Source: a virus
DNA: 60,514 nt
Direction: 5' to 3' (one strand)
IMG/VR virus record: IMGVR_UViG_3300001525_000125
Span: 1-60,514 of that record
Shown here: positions 1-10,090 of the stretch, one piece after another
Layout: each line of letters begins with the position of its first letter
Numbering within the stretch: position 1 is the stretch's first letter
Program-made: the position numbers and the translations under genes
The notes under the pieces: model-generated
What the model was told of the DNA's origin: nothing
The model's database searches: none
The model's input: the letters and a program-made list of their open reading frames with translations, nothing else

Positions 1-840
1 AGTGTTGTCATCAATGTAGCCTGTAATATTGAAGAATTCACATAAACGCTTGTCTGTCCAAGGCTGAGAATAGTCATTCATGAATGGATAAAAATTTGAG
101 TGTGGATGTGCATCAATCTGCGTAACTTTAAAAATATACGTAAACACTTTTGTATGTAAGTAGTTATAAAAATTTTTTACTTCTAACTCTGTGTTAAACT
201 CTATGTGATGCGCACTTTCTTTTGGTTTAACATTACCCCAACATACACTTTGTCTATATTCTTTATAAGTTTTTCCATCAGCTCTAACATTGTCATGATA
301 TACTGTTTTGTCGTAATCGTCATTCCAGTATTTTTGTTTACCCGTGCGTCCGTTACTTCCACCAATCATTAACGACAACACAATAGTCCAATTACGCATA
401 ATAGATGTTTTAGTGTGATTCGCTATAAAGTCTGTCGACTTACTAATGAGTTTATCTAGTAAATCATTACTATTAAACTTAACATAATCGAAACGCTTAT
501 TACTCTTAACGTTATAAGTAGTTATTGCTATATTCATATTGAACGCTCGTTCAAATAATGAATTAACTTGTAAACTATCTAACATTTCTAGATTTGTCAT
601 CTTATCACATATACTAACTTTGTACTTATTATAATCGCTAGTTTTTTTATATTTTGCAAATGGATCTTGCAGCCAACGAATTGGACTAATGTTTACAGTT
701 TTGTCACAATGCTTGATAACATTTGACAGAATCTGCAGATGAAGATTCCTATCGTAAGGAGGATTCATGACACAGACATCTAACTTCATATTGTTCTCTT
801 CGAATAATTTATCTATATTCTTCCATCCAAAATTTTTCAT
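1..840 (-). CDS. DNA methyltransferase-like protein (NPPY motif), truncated by the left window edge
   Basis: Hand translation from ATG at 840: MKNFGWKNIDKLFEENNMKLDVCVMNPPYDRNLHLQILSNVIKHCDKTVNISPIRWLQDPFAKYKK...; open to base 1; start overlaps the stop of the next ORF (ATGA). Confidence 0.6.
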   Translation of the reverse strand, partial: MKNFGWKNIDKLFEENNMKLDVCVMNPPYDRNLHLQILSNVIKHCDKTVNISPIRWLQDPFAKYKKTSDYNKYKVSICDKMTNLEMLDSLQVNSLFERAFNMNIAITTYNVKSNKRFDYVKFNSNDLLDKLISKSTDFIANHTKTSIMRNWTIVLSLMIGGSNGRTGKQKYWNDDYDKTVYHDNVRADGKTYKEYRQSVCWGNVKPKESAHHIEFNTELEVKNFYNYLHTKVFTYIFKVTQIDAHPHSNFYPFMNDYSQPWTDKRLCEFFNITGYIDDNT

Positions 841-1829
841 TTCTTCATAAAGTCTGGCAACGGAATAGTTCGAAGAAAGCCTCTATTAAGGTGTCCATCA
901 CCGAATACAATATAGTCTCTGTATTTTTCAGCAATAAATGTCTTAAAGTAATTGTCCAGTCGTCTTACTTGTTCAGCATCTTTACACTTAATGTAGTCTA
1001 GACAAACTTTACGTTTGCCATTTTTCTTTAAGACAGAATCACCTGGCAAATATGTGCGGATTCCTGTATAAGATCGTTCATTATAGAAAAAATAGTTTGG
1101 TTGAACTTTATCTTGAATAATTTCTGTTTCTACACCATTGACATTTATTACAGAACATATCGAATCACATAACGGCAATATGTGCTGTTTGAGCCAATCG
1201 TGTTTTCCATTCAATTCGTATTTAGTCTTTATGACTAACAATTCATCACCAGGCTTGTACTCAAACAAATTGACAGCTATGGCAACATCACCAGGAAAAG
1301 CAAAGTGTTCTGACATCCAAGTGTATTTCATGCTCTTCATCTGAGAACATGCAGAACCCATAACGAATACAATGTGTGCAGTTTGACAACACTGTTGACA
1401 TGCTTTAAAAATTTTGTTATCGAGTCTCGGAGCAGTGCGTTTCATTCCTTCAGGTTTAGGTTCATTGTACGGAGGATTGCCAATTATAACGTCAAACTTC
1501 ATATCGTTCTCTTTGAGTAATTTATCTATATTCTTCCAGTCATTGAATAAGATAGCAGAATCATCAGAACCAAACTTTTCATGATTTACTGTATTGAGAA
1601 ACTTGTCATATTTCTCTTTATTGTCTGTAATGTAAGTGACAGAATTGTTCAATGCGTAAAGTTCTGCTATTCCTTCTAAACGAATAACTAAAATCTTCTT
1701 GTTCGCAACAGGTTGTACTTTCCGATTAGTTCCAAGAATTGGAAAGTCACAGTCAAATGGACTACCAACTTTCTCAATGAACTTAAGATCTAATGTCGTG
1801 TCGTAGTCAATTTCTAGATTCGCGTTCAT
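837..1829 (-). CDS. Adenine-specific DNA methyltransferase-like protein (NPPY motif)
   Basis: ORF with FDVIIGNPPYNEP; paralogous to sequences at 1-840, 43730-44786 and 47887-48156; contains an in-frame CGG at 1722-1724. Confidence 0.6.
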   Translation of the reverse strand: MNANLEIDYDTTLDLKFIEKVGSPFDCDFPILGTNRKVQPVANKKILVIRLEGIAELYALNNSVTYITDNKEKYDKFLNTVNHEKFGSDDSAILFNDWKNIDKLLKENDMKFDVIIGNPPYNEPKPEGMKRTAPRLDNKIFKACQQCCQTAHIVFVMGSACSQMKSMKYTWMSEHFAFPGDVAIAVNLFEYKPGDELLVIKTKYELNGKHDWLKQHILPLCDSICSVINVNGVETEIIQDKVQPNYFFYNERSYTGIRTYLPGDSVLKKNGKRKVCLDYIKCKDAEQVRRLDNYFKTFIAEKYRDYIVFGDGHLNRGFLRTIPLPDFMKK

Positions 1830-1893
1830 GAATAAACTCCTTTTAGGCTGATTACATGAATAATATAAACCTACATTTCATTTAGAAATATAA

Positions 1894-3312
1894 TTACTTC
1901 TTGTCAAGATAAGCATGAAGATCTTTCATGCTCATCTTACGTTTGCCGACCCAGGCGGGAGCTTCACCAGCATTAGGTGTTCTAATGATGAAGATGTTCT
2001 TGTACTCTTTCGGTCTGGGCCAGTTGAAGTAACAGTCTGACATAACGATGATTCCATCATAATGCAGCTTGTTCTTGTGAATCATCTCAAGAATGCACTG
2101 AGGATTTGTGCCACCGCCACCATACACATTAGATTCGTGAATAGATTTAAGTTGCTCTTTAGGAATTTCGCATTCACAATCCCACCAAGCAAAGTGTACT
2201 TCAGCTTCAAACTTGATGAAGTTGTTGACTGTTTCGACGCATAGCTTGATGTCTTTCTCACTCATAGAACCAGAAGCGTCTGCGAACATGCCAATCTTGA
2301 ATGTCTGATCATGTCTCTTGCCAGGAATGAGTCCGGACCATTCTGGCAGACGACGATTGACTTTCATCCTAGAGTCAATTAGACTATTAGAATACGCAGT
2401 GCCAATGAAGTTACGTAATGCAACTCTCGGATCGACTATTTGACAGTTCGCAGCCATTATCTTTTCACGAAGATGACCCGGCATGTTGCCCCACGTTGAA
2501 GCATCAGTCGAATTTACTCGTTGAGTGATAGAAGCGTTAGCTATGTCATTCTCACCCCATTTCTCAGTCTGCTTTTCACCATTACCGCCGCCATCAAAGT
2601 GTTCTTTGAGAGCATCTAGCATGTCTGAATCTTTATTTGAGCGAGACCCTGTCTTTGACTTACTGTCTTTCTCAGAGCCTTCGTAATCCTTGCTGTCAGT
2701 TAATTTTCCGCTGCCGCCAACTTCGTCTTTTGTTTCTTCTTTACCCATGCCTCGATGATTTTTGCCAGTAGACTTGCATGGAGGAGCACCATTGCCAGCA
2801 TTTGAATGCGCCTTTTTCTTGTTTTGTTCTTCGTATTGCAACAACATCTCGTACAATACTTCTAGCTGACAATCTCTGTCATGATCGTAGTCTTTTGACA
2901 ACATCTTCAAGATTTCAGGATGTTTGTCGTTTGGTAGCTCATTGCCAAACTGTACAGACTCGATGTCAGCATTGAACAAGTCACTGATCGACGGGTCATA
3001 GCAGACAATGTTCGATGCAACGTAATTGTGTTTCGGACTAGGCATTCTGCGTTTGGTGCAGTGATGCAACAGAATCCTGTTGATTTCGGCACACAGCAAA
3101 ACTGCAAGACACGACGAGTTGATTCTGTCCAAGAAAGCAGGATTGTATTCGAGAATAGGATGGACACTGTCGAGCATATTGACTCTCAGTGTGACACCTT
3201 CTTCTTCTACAGCGTGTCTCTCGAATAGATTGTAGAACCTATTGTAGTAAGAACAGTTTGTGCTAATATGCAACAACGCCAAACTGAACTTTTCATCAAT
3301 TGTCTGTGCCAT
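1894..3312 (-). CDS. VWA-like domain protein with DUF2201-type putative metallopeptidase N-terminal domain
   Basis: KIGMFADASGSMSEKDI (MIDAS DxSxS) and C-terminal VWA-like half; N-terminal AEINRILLHH region. Confidence 0.6.
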   Translation of the reverse strand: MAQTIDEKFSLALLHISTNCSYYNRFYNLFERHAVEEEGVTLRVNMLDSVHPILEYNPAFLDRINSSCLAVLLCAEINRILLHHCTKRRMPSPKHNYVASNIVCYDPSISDLFNADIESVQFGNELPNDKHPEILKMLSKDYDHDRDCQLEVLYEMLLQYEEQNKKKAHSNAGNGAPPCKSTGKNHRGMGKEETKDEVGGSGKLTDSKDYEGSEKDSKSKTGSRSNKDSDMLDALKEHFDGGGNGEKQTEKWGENDIANASITQRVNSTDASTWGNMPGHLREKIMAANCQIVDPRVALRNFIGTAYSNSLIDSRMKVNRRLPEWSGLIPGKRHDQTFKIGMFADASGSMSEKDIKLCVETVNNFIKFEAEVHFAWWDCECEIPKEQLKSIHESNVYGGGGTNPQCILEMIHKNKLHYDGIIVMSDCYFNWPRPKEYKNIFIIRTPNAGEAPAWVGKRKMSMKDLHAYLDKK

Positions 3313-3387
3313 ATTGACTCCTTTTGAATTACAATAACAATATAAAAATTCTACATATAAAGAAAAATATAGAATTAATCACAAACG

Positions 3388-3771
3388 TTACATATCGTCA
3401 ATTAGATCAAGCATCGTGTCTTGCTGCATTAAATGCTTTAGGTGTTGAGCAACAGTCACATTGTTCAACATAATTTTGTCATAACGGGCGCATGTCAATT
3501 CGGACAAAGCATATGCCCTAAACTTAGTAGTGTCTTCTAGAATCTTTCTAGCAGACATTACAGCATCTGCTTCTATCAGTGCACCATAGTCATATACTCT
3601 ATCGACACTGCTCGGTAGATTGTTGTATTGAACAACTGCTTTGTTAGCTAGCATCGGTATTTCATAACAAAACTTATATGTAACAGCAATCAGTCTTCCG
3701 TCTATTGTTCTACTGATGTTGAAAACTGTAGGGTATTTCTTTGGTAGTGAATGTACATAGCTTACTTGCAT
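3388..3771 (-). CDS. hypothetical protein
   Basis: ORF 127 aa in a co-directional operon. Confidence 0.6.
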   Translation of the reverse strand: MQVSYVHSLPKKYPTVFNISRTIDGRLIAVTYKFCYEIPMLANKAVVQYNNLPSSVDRVYDYGALIEADAVMSARKILEDTTKFRAYALSELTCARYDKIMLNNVTVAQHLKHLMQQDTMLDLIDDM

Positions 3772-3867
3772 TAAATGACCTCACTTTATTCTAAATTCAT
3801 ATAAAATATAGACAAAAACAGAAAGGCGTAAAATATATTACGCCTTTCCTTAGTTGCTTATTGTCTA

Positions 3868-4371
3868 TTACAACATTTTCTTGTTGATAAGCAGCTGAGT
3901 GTTCAGCGCCTTGAACAATTCGATGCCAAGCTGAGAGACACGATACTGACCGCGTTTGCCAGCCTTTTCAAAGATGCCGTGACGATTGAAGAAGCTACGA
4001 TAGAAGCTACCAAAACTGTACGAATACTTGCGGAACGATGTGTGTGTGATGCTGTTCAGCCATCTGAATGACAGCGGTGTGTGATTATTAATGTATTCGT
4101 AACGTATAGTGTTGCACGCACTTTTGATCGATAATGTATAGGCTGCTACAATGTTAACACAGTTGTCACAACAGAGCAACACCTGATCCCAAGTAAATGT
4201 CCCGAGCTGAATCGCAGTCTTCAGCAGATCGAAATATCCCTTATTCTCTGTTGGACGCTTAAATGTGATAAGATGATCATAGTAGCCTTTCGTGCCTTTG
4301 CAGTAAATGTTCATCTCCCGAACGAGTTCGGCGAGTTTCTGGTTCTTCGGATAATTGGTGATTGTAATCAT
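3868..4371 (-). CDS. hypothetical protein
   Basis: ORF 167 aa. Confidence 0.6.
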   Translation of the reverse strand: MITITNYPKNQKLAELVREMNIYCKGTKGYYDHLITFKRPTENKGYFDLLKTAIQLGTFTWDQVLLCCDNCVNIVAAYTLSIKSACNTIRYEYINNHTPLSFRWLNSITHTSFRKYSYSFGSFYRSFFNRHGIFEKAGKRGQYRVSQLGIELFKALNTQLLINKKML

Positions 4372-4461
4372 AGCGTTGTCCTTTTTTTTGATTTGGTTTA
4401 TGAATACAATGTAAAAAATCTCTGTGTTGTAGAAAATATAAAGATTTTTTATATAGCAGCA

Positions 4462-5034
4462 TTAGTCTATGCTGATGCTCACTCGTTCGAAGTCTTCACC
4501 AGATTCAAGCAAATCGTAAAGCTTGTTGAACACCTGACGAGCTTGACAACTATTCAGAACAATCTTCTTGTTCTGTTGAATTGGCTGATCATCGACTGTC
4601 GGGTGAATGAAATCGATAGTTTTGTGTATCGCCATACGCAACAGTTTCTTGAACAATTCATTATTCTGTTGACGAAGCTCATATAGACTCTTATTGAGTT
4701 TTCTGATATGTTCGCGATTCTCAAAGATATACTGTTCGTATTCGTTGATGCGACGTTTTATGTACGTCAATACTTCGACGTCTTGCAGACTCTTACCAGA
4801 AACATATTCACTGTAGTAGTTCAAGTGTTTGTTGAACTGACTGATTGACTGTTCAAGCATTTTCTTGTTATTGACAATGTCCTTGCGACAGTCTTTCATT
4901 TTATGCGACAAGTCGCGAATCTGATTGATCAGATCGGGGCGTGCGTTCTTGACAGCAGCTTCGATTTCGAGAATAGTAAGTTTCTTCATTTTTAAACTCC
5001 TTTTTTGATTTGGTTTAATGTAATCGACGTTCAT
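4462..5034 (-). CDS. hypothetical protein, coiled-coil rich
   Basis: ORF 190 aa; probable start is the internal MKKLTILEIE. Confidence 0.55.
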   Translation of the reverse strand: MNVDYIKPNQKRSLKMKKLTILEIEAAVKNARPDLINQIRDLSHKMKDCRKDIVNNKKMLEQSISQFNKHLNYYSEYVSGKSLQDVEVLTYIKRRINEYEQYIFENREHIRKLNKSLYELRQQNNELFKKLLRMAIHKTIDFIHPTVDDQPIQQNKKIVLNSCQARQVFNKLYDLLESGEDFERVSISID

Positions 5035-5112
5035 TATATCAATTACAATATTAATATAAAAATCTATGCAATTAAGACAATCACGTAAGACTAGTTCTAA
5101 GAAGCAAACATA

Positions 5113-5334
5113 TTATGCACGTACTTCTTTCATAGACAGCAACACACAGTCATATGGCAGTCTGTCTGTGTCGATGTCATTGTAGAACTTTTGAATAGCG
5201 TGAATATGTTTGACTGCATAGTAGTACTTGACGCCTACTAGAGAATCATCAAACTTGAATTCTGCTTTGAACTTCATAATCTTACTCCTTTTTTGAATTT
5301 CTAGTACAAATATAAAAAATCTATAATTCAACAC
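5113..5334 (-). CDS. hypothetical protein
   Basis: ORF; probable start MKFKAEFKFDD. Confidence 0.45.
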   Translation of the reverse strand: MLNYRFFIFVLEIQKRSKIMKFKAEFKFDDSLVGVKYYYAVKHIHAIQKFYNDIDTDRLPYDCVLLSMKEVRA

Positions 5335-5379
5335 GAATTATAGATTTGAAATTCTTAGTTACTGAAGAAGTCTTAATAG

Positions 5380-5832
5380 TCAAAAATAAAGTTCATCATC
5401 TACATTGTCATCATCATAGTAAACATCATCAGATTTGACTTTTTCTTCAAGCACTTCAAGCATAGAGACTATTTCTGTATACAACTCTCTTACCATTGAC
5501 GAATCATCTTGAATCATAGTCTCAAACTCATCAAGACTGATGATATACAATACGATTCTGTCGTCGTAGACACGCATGTCGACATTAAAACCGACTTTGA
5601 GATCTTCTCTGAGTTCTTGCAAGAATTCGTCAAAAGGCTGATATATGATTTTGTCTTCTATAAGAGACTTATCAAACATGCAGCATATTTGACGTCCATT
5701 TTTGCTACTTATCGCAAAATGCAAGTCATCTGACTTGATGTATTGCAGGTTATTGTATTTCTTGATATAGTTCTTGACTGAAAGTGTCAAACCTCTCAAA
5801 ATTTTCTGTGAATCGGTCATGTTAAACCTCAT
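5380..5832 (-). CDS. hypothetical acidic protein
   Basis: ORF 150 aa. Confidence 0.6.
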   Translation of the reverse strand: MRFNMTDSQKILRGLTLSVKNYIKKYNNLQYIKSDDLHFAISSKNGRQICCMFDKSLIEDKIIYQPFDEFLQELREDLKVGFNVDMRVYDDRIVLYIISLDEFETMIQDDSSMVRELYTEIVSMLEVLEEKVKSDDVYYDDDNVDDELYF

Positions 5833-5915
5833 TTTATATAGTTTATGATCTATTTATATATAATATAAAAATCTTTATTTCAAAAGCAAAATAAAGATTT
5901 GAACATTACTGATTG

Positions 5916-6647
5916 CTACTTGACGAGCTGTTTCAATTCTTTCTTCTGATGTTCTGTCAATTCAATCTTGACAGAATCTATGTCTTCTATATCTGTAAAC
6001 TTCTTATCTTTCATATAGTCTAGACAGACACAGTCGACAAACTTGTCGATCTTGTCACTACGTGTCTTGTTGCTTTCAACATATGCGTCATACAATTCTG
6101 TAAGCCAATCTTGACGCTCTTTTACATAGTTCAGCAAGTTTTTTAGATTGCAAGCCGCCACTAAGTCTTCTATTTCCATGTCATATATTACTGCTGAGAT
6201 TACTGCTCTGTAACCAGCCTCAAATTCACACATGTATCGATTTGTCTTGCCAGTCTCTTTGTTCAGATTGTCAATTGACATCATGTCCATGTTGAATGGT
6301 TCACAGTTCTTGTAGCATGGTGCAGAATATTCGCCTTTTGCAACACCAATATGAAAGAAATGCGCACCTTCATGAATCAAAGTCTGCAATCCGACGTCGT
6401 CAAGTTTCAAGACATGATTCTTCTGGTCATATACCGCGTGCTTCTTGTTGAGCGTGACACAATCTATGCTATACTGATTAGTGTACGTGCCACCTACACT
6501 AGCATCAATGTCATTGATCAGAACACCGCCAGTAGGCCGTTCTTCGAGTTCTTGCAACAGGTCTTTCCAATATGCTTGAACTCCAGAGTTGTCATAGTCT
6601 AGTTTCAAGTCTTGAACATTGCTGATAAGCAAAGGTCTTTCAAACAT
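5916..6647 (-). CDS. putative zincin-type metalloprotease
   Basis: LQTLIHEGAHFFHIG contains HExxH in a hydrophobic context. Confidence 0.45.
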   Translation of the reverse strand: MFERPLLISNVQDLKLDYDNSGVQAYWKDLLQELEERPTGGVLINDIDASVGGTYTNQYSIDCVTLNKKHAVYDQKNHVLKLDDVGLQTLIHEGAHFFHIGVAKGEYSAPCYKNCEPFNMDMMSIDNLNKETGKTNRYMCEFEAGYRAVISAVIYDMEIEDLVAACNLKNLLNYVKERQDWLTELYDAYVESNKTRSDKIDKFVDCVCLDYMKDKKFTDIEDIDSVKIELTEHQKKELKQLVK

Positions 6648-6831
6648 TGTATACTCCTTGTTGAATTTCTAATACAAAATATAATTCAATTTAATGAACT
6701 AGATCGATATTTTTCGAAAAATATATGCAACAAACGTCAGCTAGCTTACTAGCTGACGTACTAGACTTTTTCAACCCATAGATTAGTCTAGTCGAACTAT
6801 GACTGAGCTGGACAAAGGAATCTAACCAGCA

Positions 6832-6969
6832 TCAATCTCTTTCAAATTCTACCTTCTTTTCTCTTTTGTAAAGCTTCTTTGACAGTACTACTCTGGTTCT
6901 CAAAGTAGAACCGTTGTTAGTTCCTTGAATTCTTGTTTTACGAAGCTGTTCAGTTTCTTTGTATTGCAT
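6832..6969 (-). CDS. small basic protein, 45 aa
   Basis: Hand translation MQYKETEQLRKTRIQGTNNGSTLRTRVVLSKKLYKREKKVEFERD; fills the gap between operon members. Confidence 0.4.
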   Translation of the reverse strand: MQYKETEQLRKTRIQGTNNGSTLRTRVVLSKKLYKREKKVEFERD

Positions 6970-7033
6970 AATATAGTAATTATATGTTCTTAGTGTCATT
7001 TTTTGTTAATATGACACTAAGAATTGGTTGTCT

Positions 7034-7807
7034 TTAATGAATTACATGTTCGTGAACAACATCGAGCATCTTCGGAGACGAATACTTCTTGATTCGACGA
7101 ATAGCTTGATCGCGGAGCTGCCTTATACGAGAATGACTGCTTTCCATGTGCTTGCCGATTTCACGCAAAGTGTATGGCTTGTCACAGCCGATACCGTAAG
7201 TCTCACAGACAACTCGCTTTTCATCGTTAGGCAAGCAGTTGAGCATGTTACTAATCAGCAAATCAGATTCTACTTTTGCAGCAACATCATAGTTGTTCTT
7301 GTCCTCGATGATGTCTGCTAGTGAATTCTTAGAATTGTCATACGCAGGACTGTTGAAGCTCACGATGCTCTTGTTGATGCTGTCATATATTGCAAGCTTG
7401 TCATCTTTCTTTGTAGAAGACTTCTTAGACTTATTGATAGCTACAGTCTTGTTCCATGGAATAGAAATCAAGTTCTTGTTCTGTTCAATCGCAGAATGAA
7501 TAGCAGCTTTGATCCAGTACAGAGCGTAAGTCATGAAACGAGTTCCGCGCGTGACATCAAACATCTCTACGGCACGAATAAGTCCGCAGAAGCCATTTGA
7601 AATCAAATCTTCAAGAGCCACACCAGCTTTTCTGTAGTCAAGTGCAATCTTAAGAACGAGTCGTGCATTAGCAGTAACAATTTTGTCACGAATCAGACAA
7701 GACTTAGTCTTGCTATATACTTCGAAATATGCACGTTCTTCAGCAGGTGTCAGTTTGACAGTCTTGAAGATATCTGCTTTGTATTTGTTGAAAGAAGAGT
7801 TAATCAT
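7034..7807 (-). CDS. RNA polymerase sigma factor, sigma70 family
   Basis: Region 2 NARLVLKIALDYRKAGVALEDLISNGFCGLIRAVEMFDVTRGTRFMTYALYWIKAAI; region 4 YTLREIGKHMESSHSRIRQLRDQAIRRIKK. Confidence 0.85.
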   Translation of the reverse strand: MINSSFNKYKADIFKTVKLTPAEERAYFEVYSKTKSCLIRDKIVTANARLVLKIALDYRKAGVALEDLISNGFCGLIRAVEMFDVTRGTRFMTYALYWIKAAIHSAIEQNKNLISIPWNKTVAINKSKKSSTKKDDKLAIYDSINKSIVSFNSPAYDNSKNSLADIIEDKNNYDVAAKVESDLLISNMLNCLPNDEKRVVCETYGIGCDKPYTLREIGKHMESSHSRIRQLRDQAIRRIKKYSSPKMLDVVHEHVIH

Positions 7808-7895
7808 TATGTTTTTCCTTTTGTGTTATTCGGTTTGACAATAATAATATAACAAATTCTTCAGTAAATAGCTCAAAAAATTTTCAAATTGTTAG

Positions 7896-8117
7896 TTACA
7901 TTCCAGCTTTAGGTAGCGTCACTGTTCTAAGAAACAAATGATTGTTGTCAAAGTCCTTTACCCAAGTCTCTACACCAGTGTAAAAGTCATCTAAGCTGTA
8001 CGCATGAACAGCTTCTTCGAACAGCATCTTTGCTTTTTCTGGATCAAATGTCGCTTGTCCGTATTGTGACAATACCATATCATTTCTAATGTAGTCGACA
8101 AAGTATAGCTTTTTCAT
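7896..8117 (-). CDS. hypothetical protein
   Basis: ORF 73 aa. Confidence 0.5.
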   Translation of the reverse strand: MKKLYFVDYIRNDMVLSQYGQATFDPEKAKMLFEEAVHAYSLDDFYTGVETWVKDFDNNHLFLRTVTLPKAGM

Positions 8118-8127
8118 GACAGTTTCC

Positions 8128-8826
8128 TCACTTTTGCCTAATCATTACAGTTAGCTTGTCAAACAGTCCGTCGATTGACTTTAACATAGAAGATAGTGTG
8201 TTTGTAGCAAGTTCAATCACTTTAGAACTGCATTCAATAGCTTTTGGATCAATCTTGCAAAGCTGTTCATCTTTCTGTCTAAGCTTCTTAGAATATATTG
8301 CATCGACATTCCTACAAAGCGTTTCTACATCATCTGCGTAGAACCACGCTTTGTTATCTTGTGTTTGTTTTAAACCATTTAGTAACGTCAGATAGTCTTG
8401 CGCAAAAGTACTCATTTCGGCTTTTTCAGTAGCATCATATTTGACAATGTCTTTGTCACTGAATCTGTAGATTGAACCAGCATCAGTCATGCCAGAATTG
8501 TACATAATCTCTTCTAGAACATCTAGGCGATTCTGTGTAACACGATACCAATCCCATTCATAAACGTCAACATCTTCAAACGATATTTCGTTACGTTGAA
8601 CTATATTGATCATTCTCTTCTTAGAAGCAGATTCTGGGCTCAGAATGGTTGGTAAATAGACAAACAGTGTGTGTCCACAATACATGAACGCTTTGACCCC
8701 GTTTGTCAATGTATTGCATTTCGGAATGTCAGTAGACTTAAGAATAGTACCAGATTCTACATCAGCGTCAAAATGATGAAAATGCTTCTCAATGAACATG
8801 AGAGCAAGCTTTTCTGAAATGTTCAT
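8128..8826 (-). CDS. hypothetical protein
   Basis: ORF 232 aa. Confidence 0.6.
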   Translation of the reverse strand: MNISEKLALMFIEKHFHHFDADVESGTILKSTDIPKCNTLTNGVKAFMYCGHTLFVYLPTILSPESASKKRMINIVQRNEISFEDVDVYEWDWYRVTQNRLDVLEEIMYNSGMTDAGSIYRFSDKDIVKYDATEKAEMSTFAQDYLTLLNGLKQTQDNKAWFYADDVETLCRNVDAIYSKKLRQKDEQLCKIDPKAIECSSKVIELATNTLSSMLKSIDGLFDKLTVMIRQK

Positions 8827-8903
8827 ATAGATTCCTTTTCTTTATATGACAGTATAGTACAAAAGAAAAGCAAGTAGTTAATCTACTTGCTTTGTTTCTT
8901 TAG

Positions 8904-8975
8904 AGCCAGTAACTCGATTCGAACGGGTAACCTATTGCTTACAAAGCAATTGCACTACCATTGTGCTATACTGGC
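8904..8975 (-). tRNA. tRNA-Thr(TGT)
   Basis: GCCAGTA/TACTGGC acceptor, ATTGC-TTTGTAA-GCAAT anticodon arm, TTCGAAT T-loop. Confidence 0.85.
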
Positions 8976-8980
8976 TTTAA

Positions 8981-9053
8981 TGGACCTACCGAGACTCGAA
9001 CTCGGACTAGCTAGAATGCAAATCTAGTATGTTGCCAATTACATCATAAGCCC
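8981..9053 (-). tRNA. tRNA-Ala(TGC)
   Basis: GGGCTTA/TAGGTCC acceptor, CTAGA-TTTGCAT-TCTAG anticodon arm, TTCGAGT T-loop. Confidence 0.8.
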
Positions 9054-9101
9054 AAATAAAATTCTCTGTCTGCTAGAGACAGAGAAACACTTAACCAAAG
9101 A

Positions 9102-9509
9102 CTATACGCTAAGCTTATTAATCAACTTAATGCACCATCCATCAGCATATCCCCAATAGAGATAATTACAGACTGCGCTGATAGCTTTCTTGCCAAGTTC
9201 AGTGTCTGTGCCCCATTCAAGTTTAGTGACATCATCTGAATACTCAGAATAGTCATCATCGGGATAGCTTGCATGAGCTTCAAGACCGTGTGTAGTAACA
9301 ATCAACTTGTCAAATCCGCCTTCTCTTCCACGAGATTCAGCAGGCCATTTAACTACAATTTTGTTACCTACACGATAAAGATACGAAGAATCTCCATAAG
9401 TATCAAGTTCAAACTCTTCAATAATCTGTTCTTCAAACTCTTGAAGAATATCATCAGTTTCTTTAAGTGCTTCATAAAGAGAACGTCTTGCAAATTTAGA
9501 TCTTATCAT
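9102..9509 (-). CDS. hypothetical protein
   Basis: ORF 135 aa. Confidence 0.55.
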   Translation of the reverse strand: MIRSKFARRSLYEALKETDDILQEFEEQIIEEFELDTYGDSSYLYRVGNKIVVKWPAESRGREGGFDKLIVTTHGLEAHASYPDDDYSEYSDDVTKLEWGTDTELGKKAISAVCNYLYWGYADGWCIKLINKLSV

Positions 9510-9938
9510 TAATTGACCTTATATTGTTTTTTGTTATATTTGATTTATTTATGTTGATTGATGTGTATAATATAATAATTGACAAACACGCAATACATAA
9601 ATTTTTGAAAGTCGTTGCAATTAAAAGACGTTTGTCAAACAGTAAGATTAATCTTTCTAATTATAGAAGATTACCCATGTGTACGCATTTTTTTGACAAA
9701 AGACTTAGTACACGGGGTGAGATCTGCCCTCACACATACAGGTTTATAAGACCCGCTGACGCACTAATCGTCTATTGTTCGTATAAAATCTTGTCAAGCA
9801 GTAGGACAGTCATCCTAGCTGATTCTGCATGAAGTAGAACATTGATTCATGCAACTGTCTGGATTTACCAGTCTCAAGCTAGACAAAGCTTCTACGGGGA
9901 TTGTCTAGCGAAACACGAACCACCTTGACAAGACTTAG

Positions 9939-10012
9939 TTGACAACCACAGACTCGAACTGTGAACTTCCACGATGTAAACGTGACACTCTGACCACTTG
10001 AGTTAGTTGTCA
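9939..10012 (-). tRNA. tRNA-Val(TAC)
   Basis: TGACAAC/GTTGTCA acceptor, TCACG-TTTACAT-CGTGG anticodon arm, TTCGAGT T-loop. Confidence 0.8.
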
Positions 10013-10019
10013 ATGTAAT

Positions 10020-10090
10020 TGAGCTACCAAGACTCGAACTTAGTCTAGCAGAATCAAAATCTGCTGTGCTAGCCAATTACACCATAGCTC
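10020..10090 (-). tRNA. tRNA-Gln(TTG)
   Basis: GAGCTAT/GTAGCTC acceptor, GCAGA-TTTTGAT-TCTGC anticodon arm. Confidence 0.8.

Noticed and set aside
9709-9782. Possible additional tRNA-Ile(TAT)
   Set aside because: T-arm and anticodon arm fit, but the acceptor stem (ACGAACA versus CCCGTGT) does not pair; kept only as a note in the T-loop finding.
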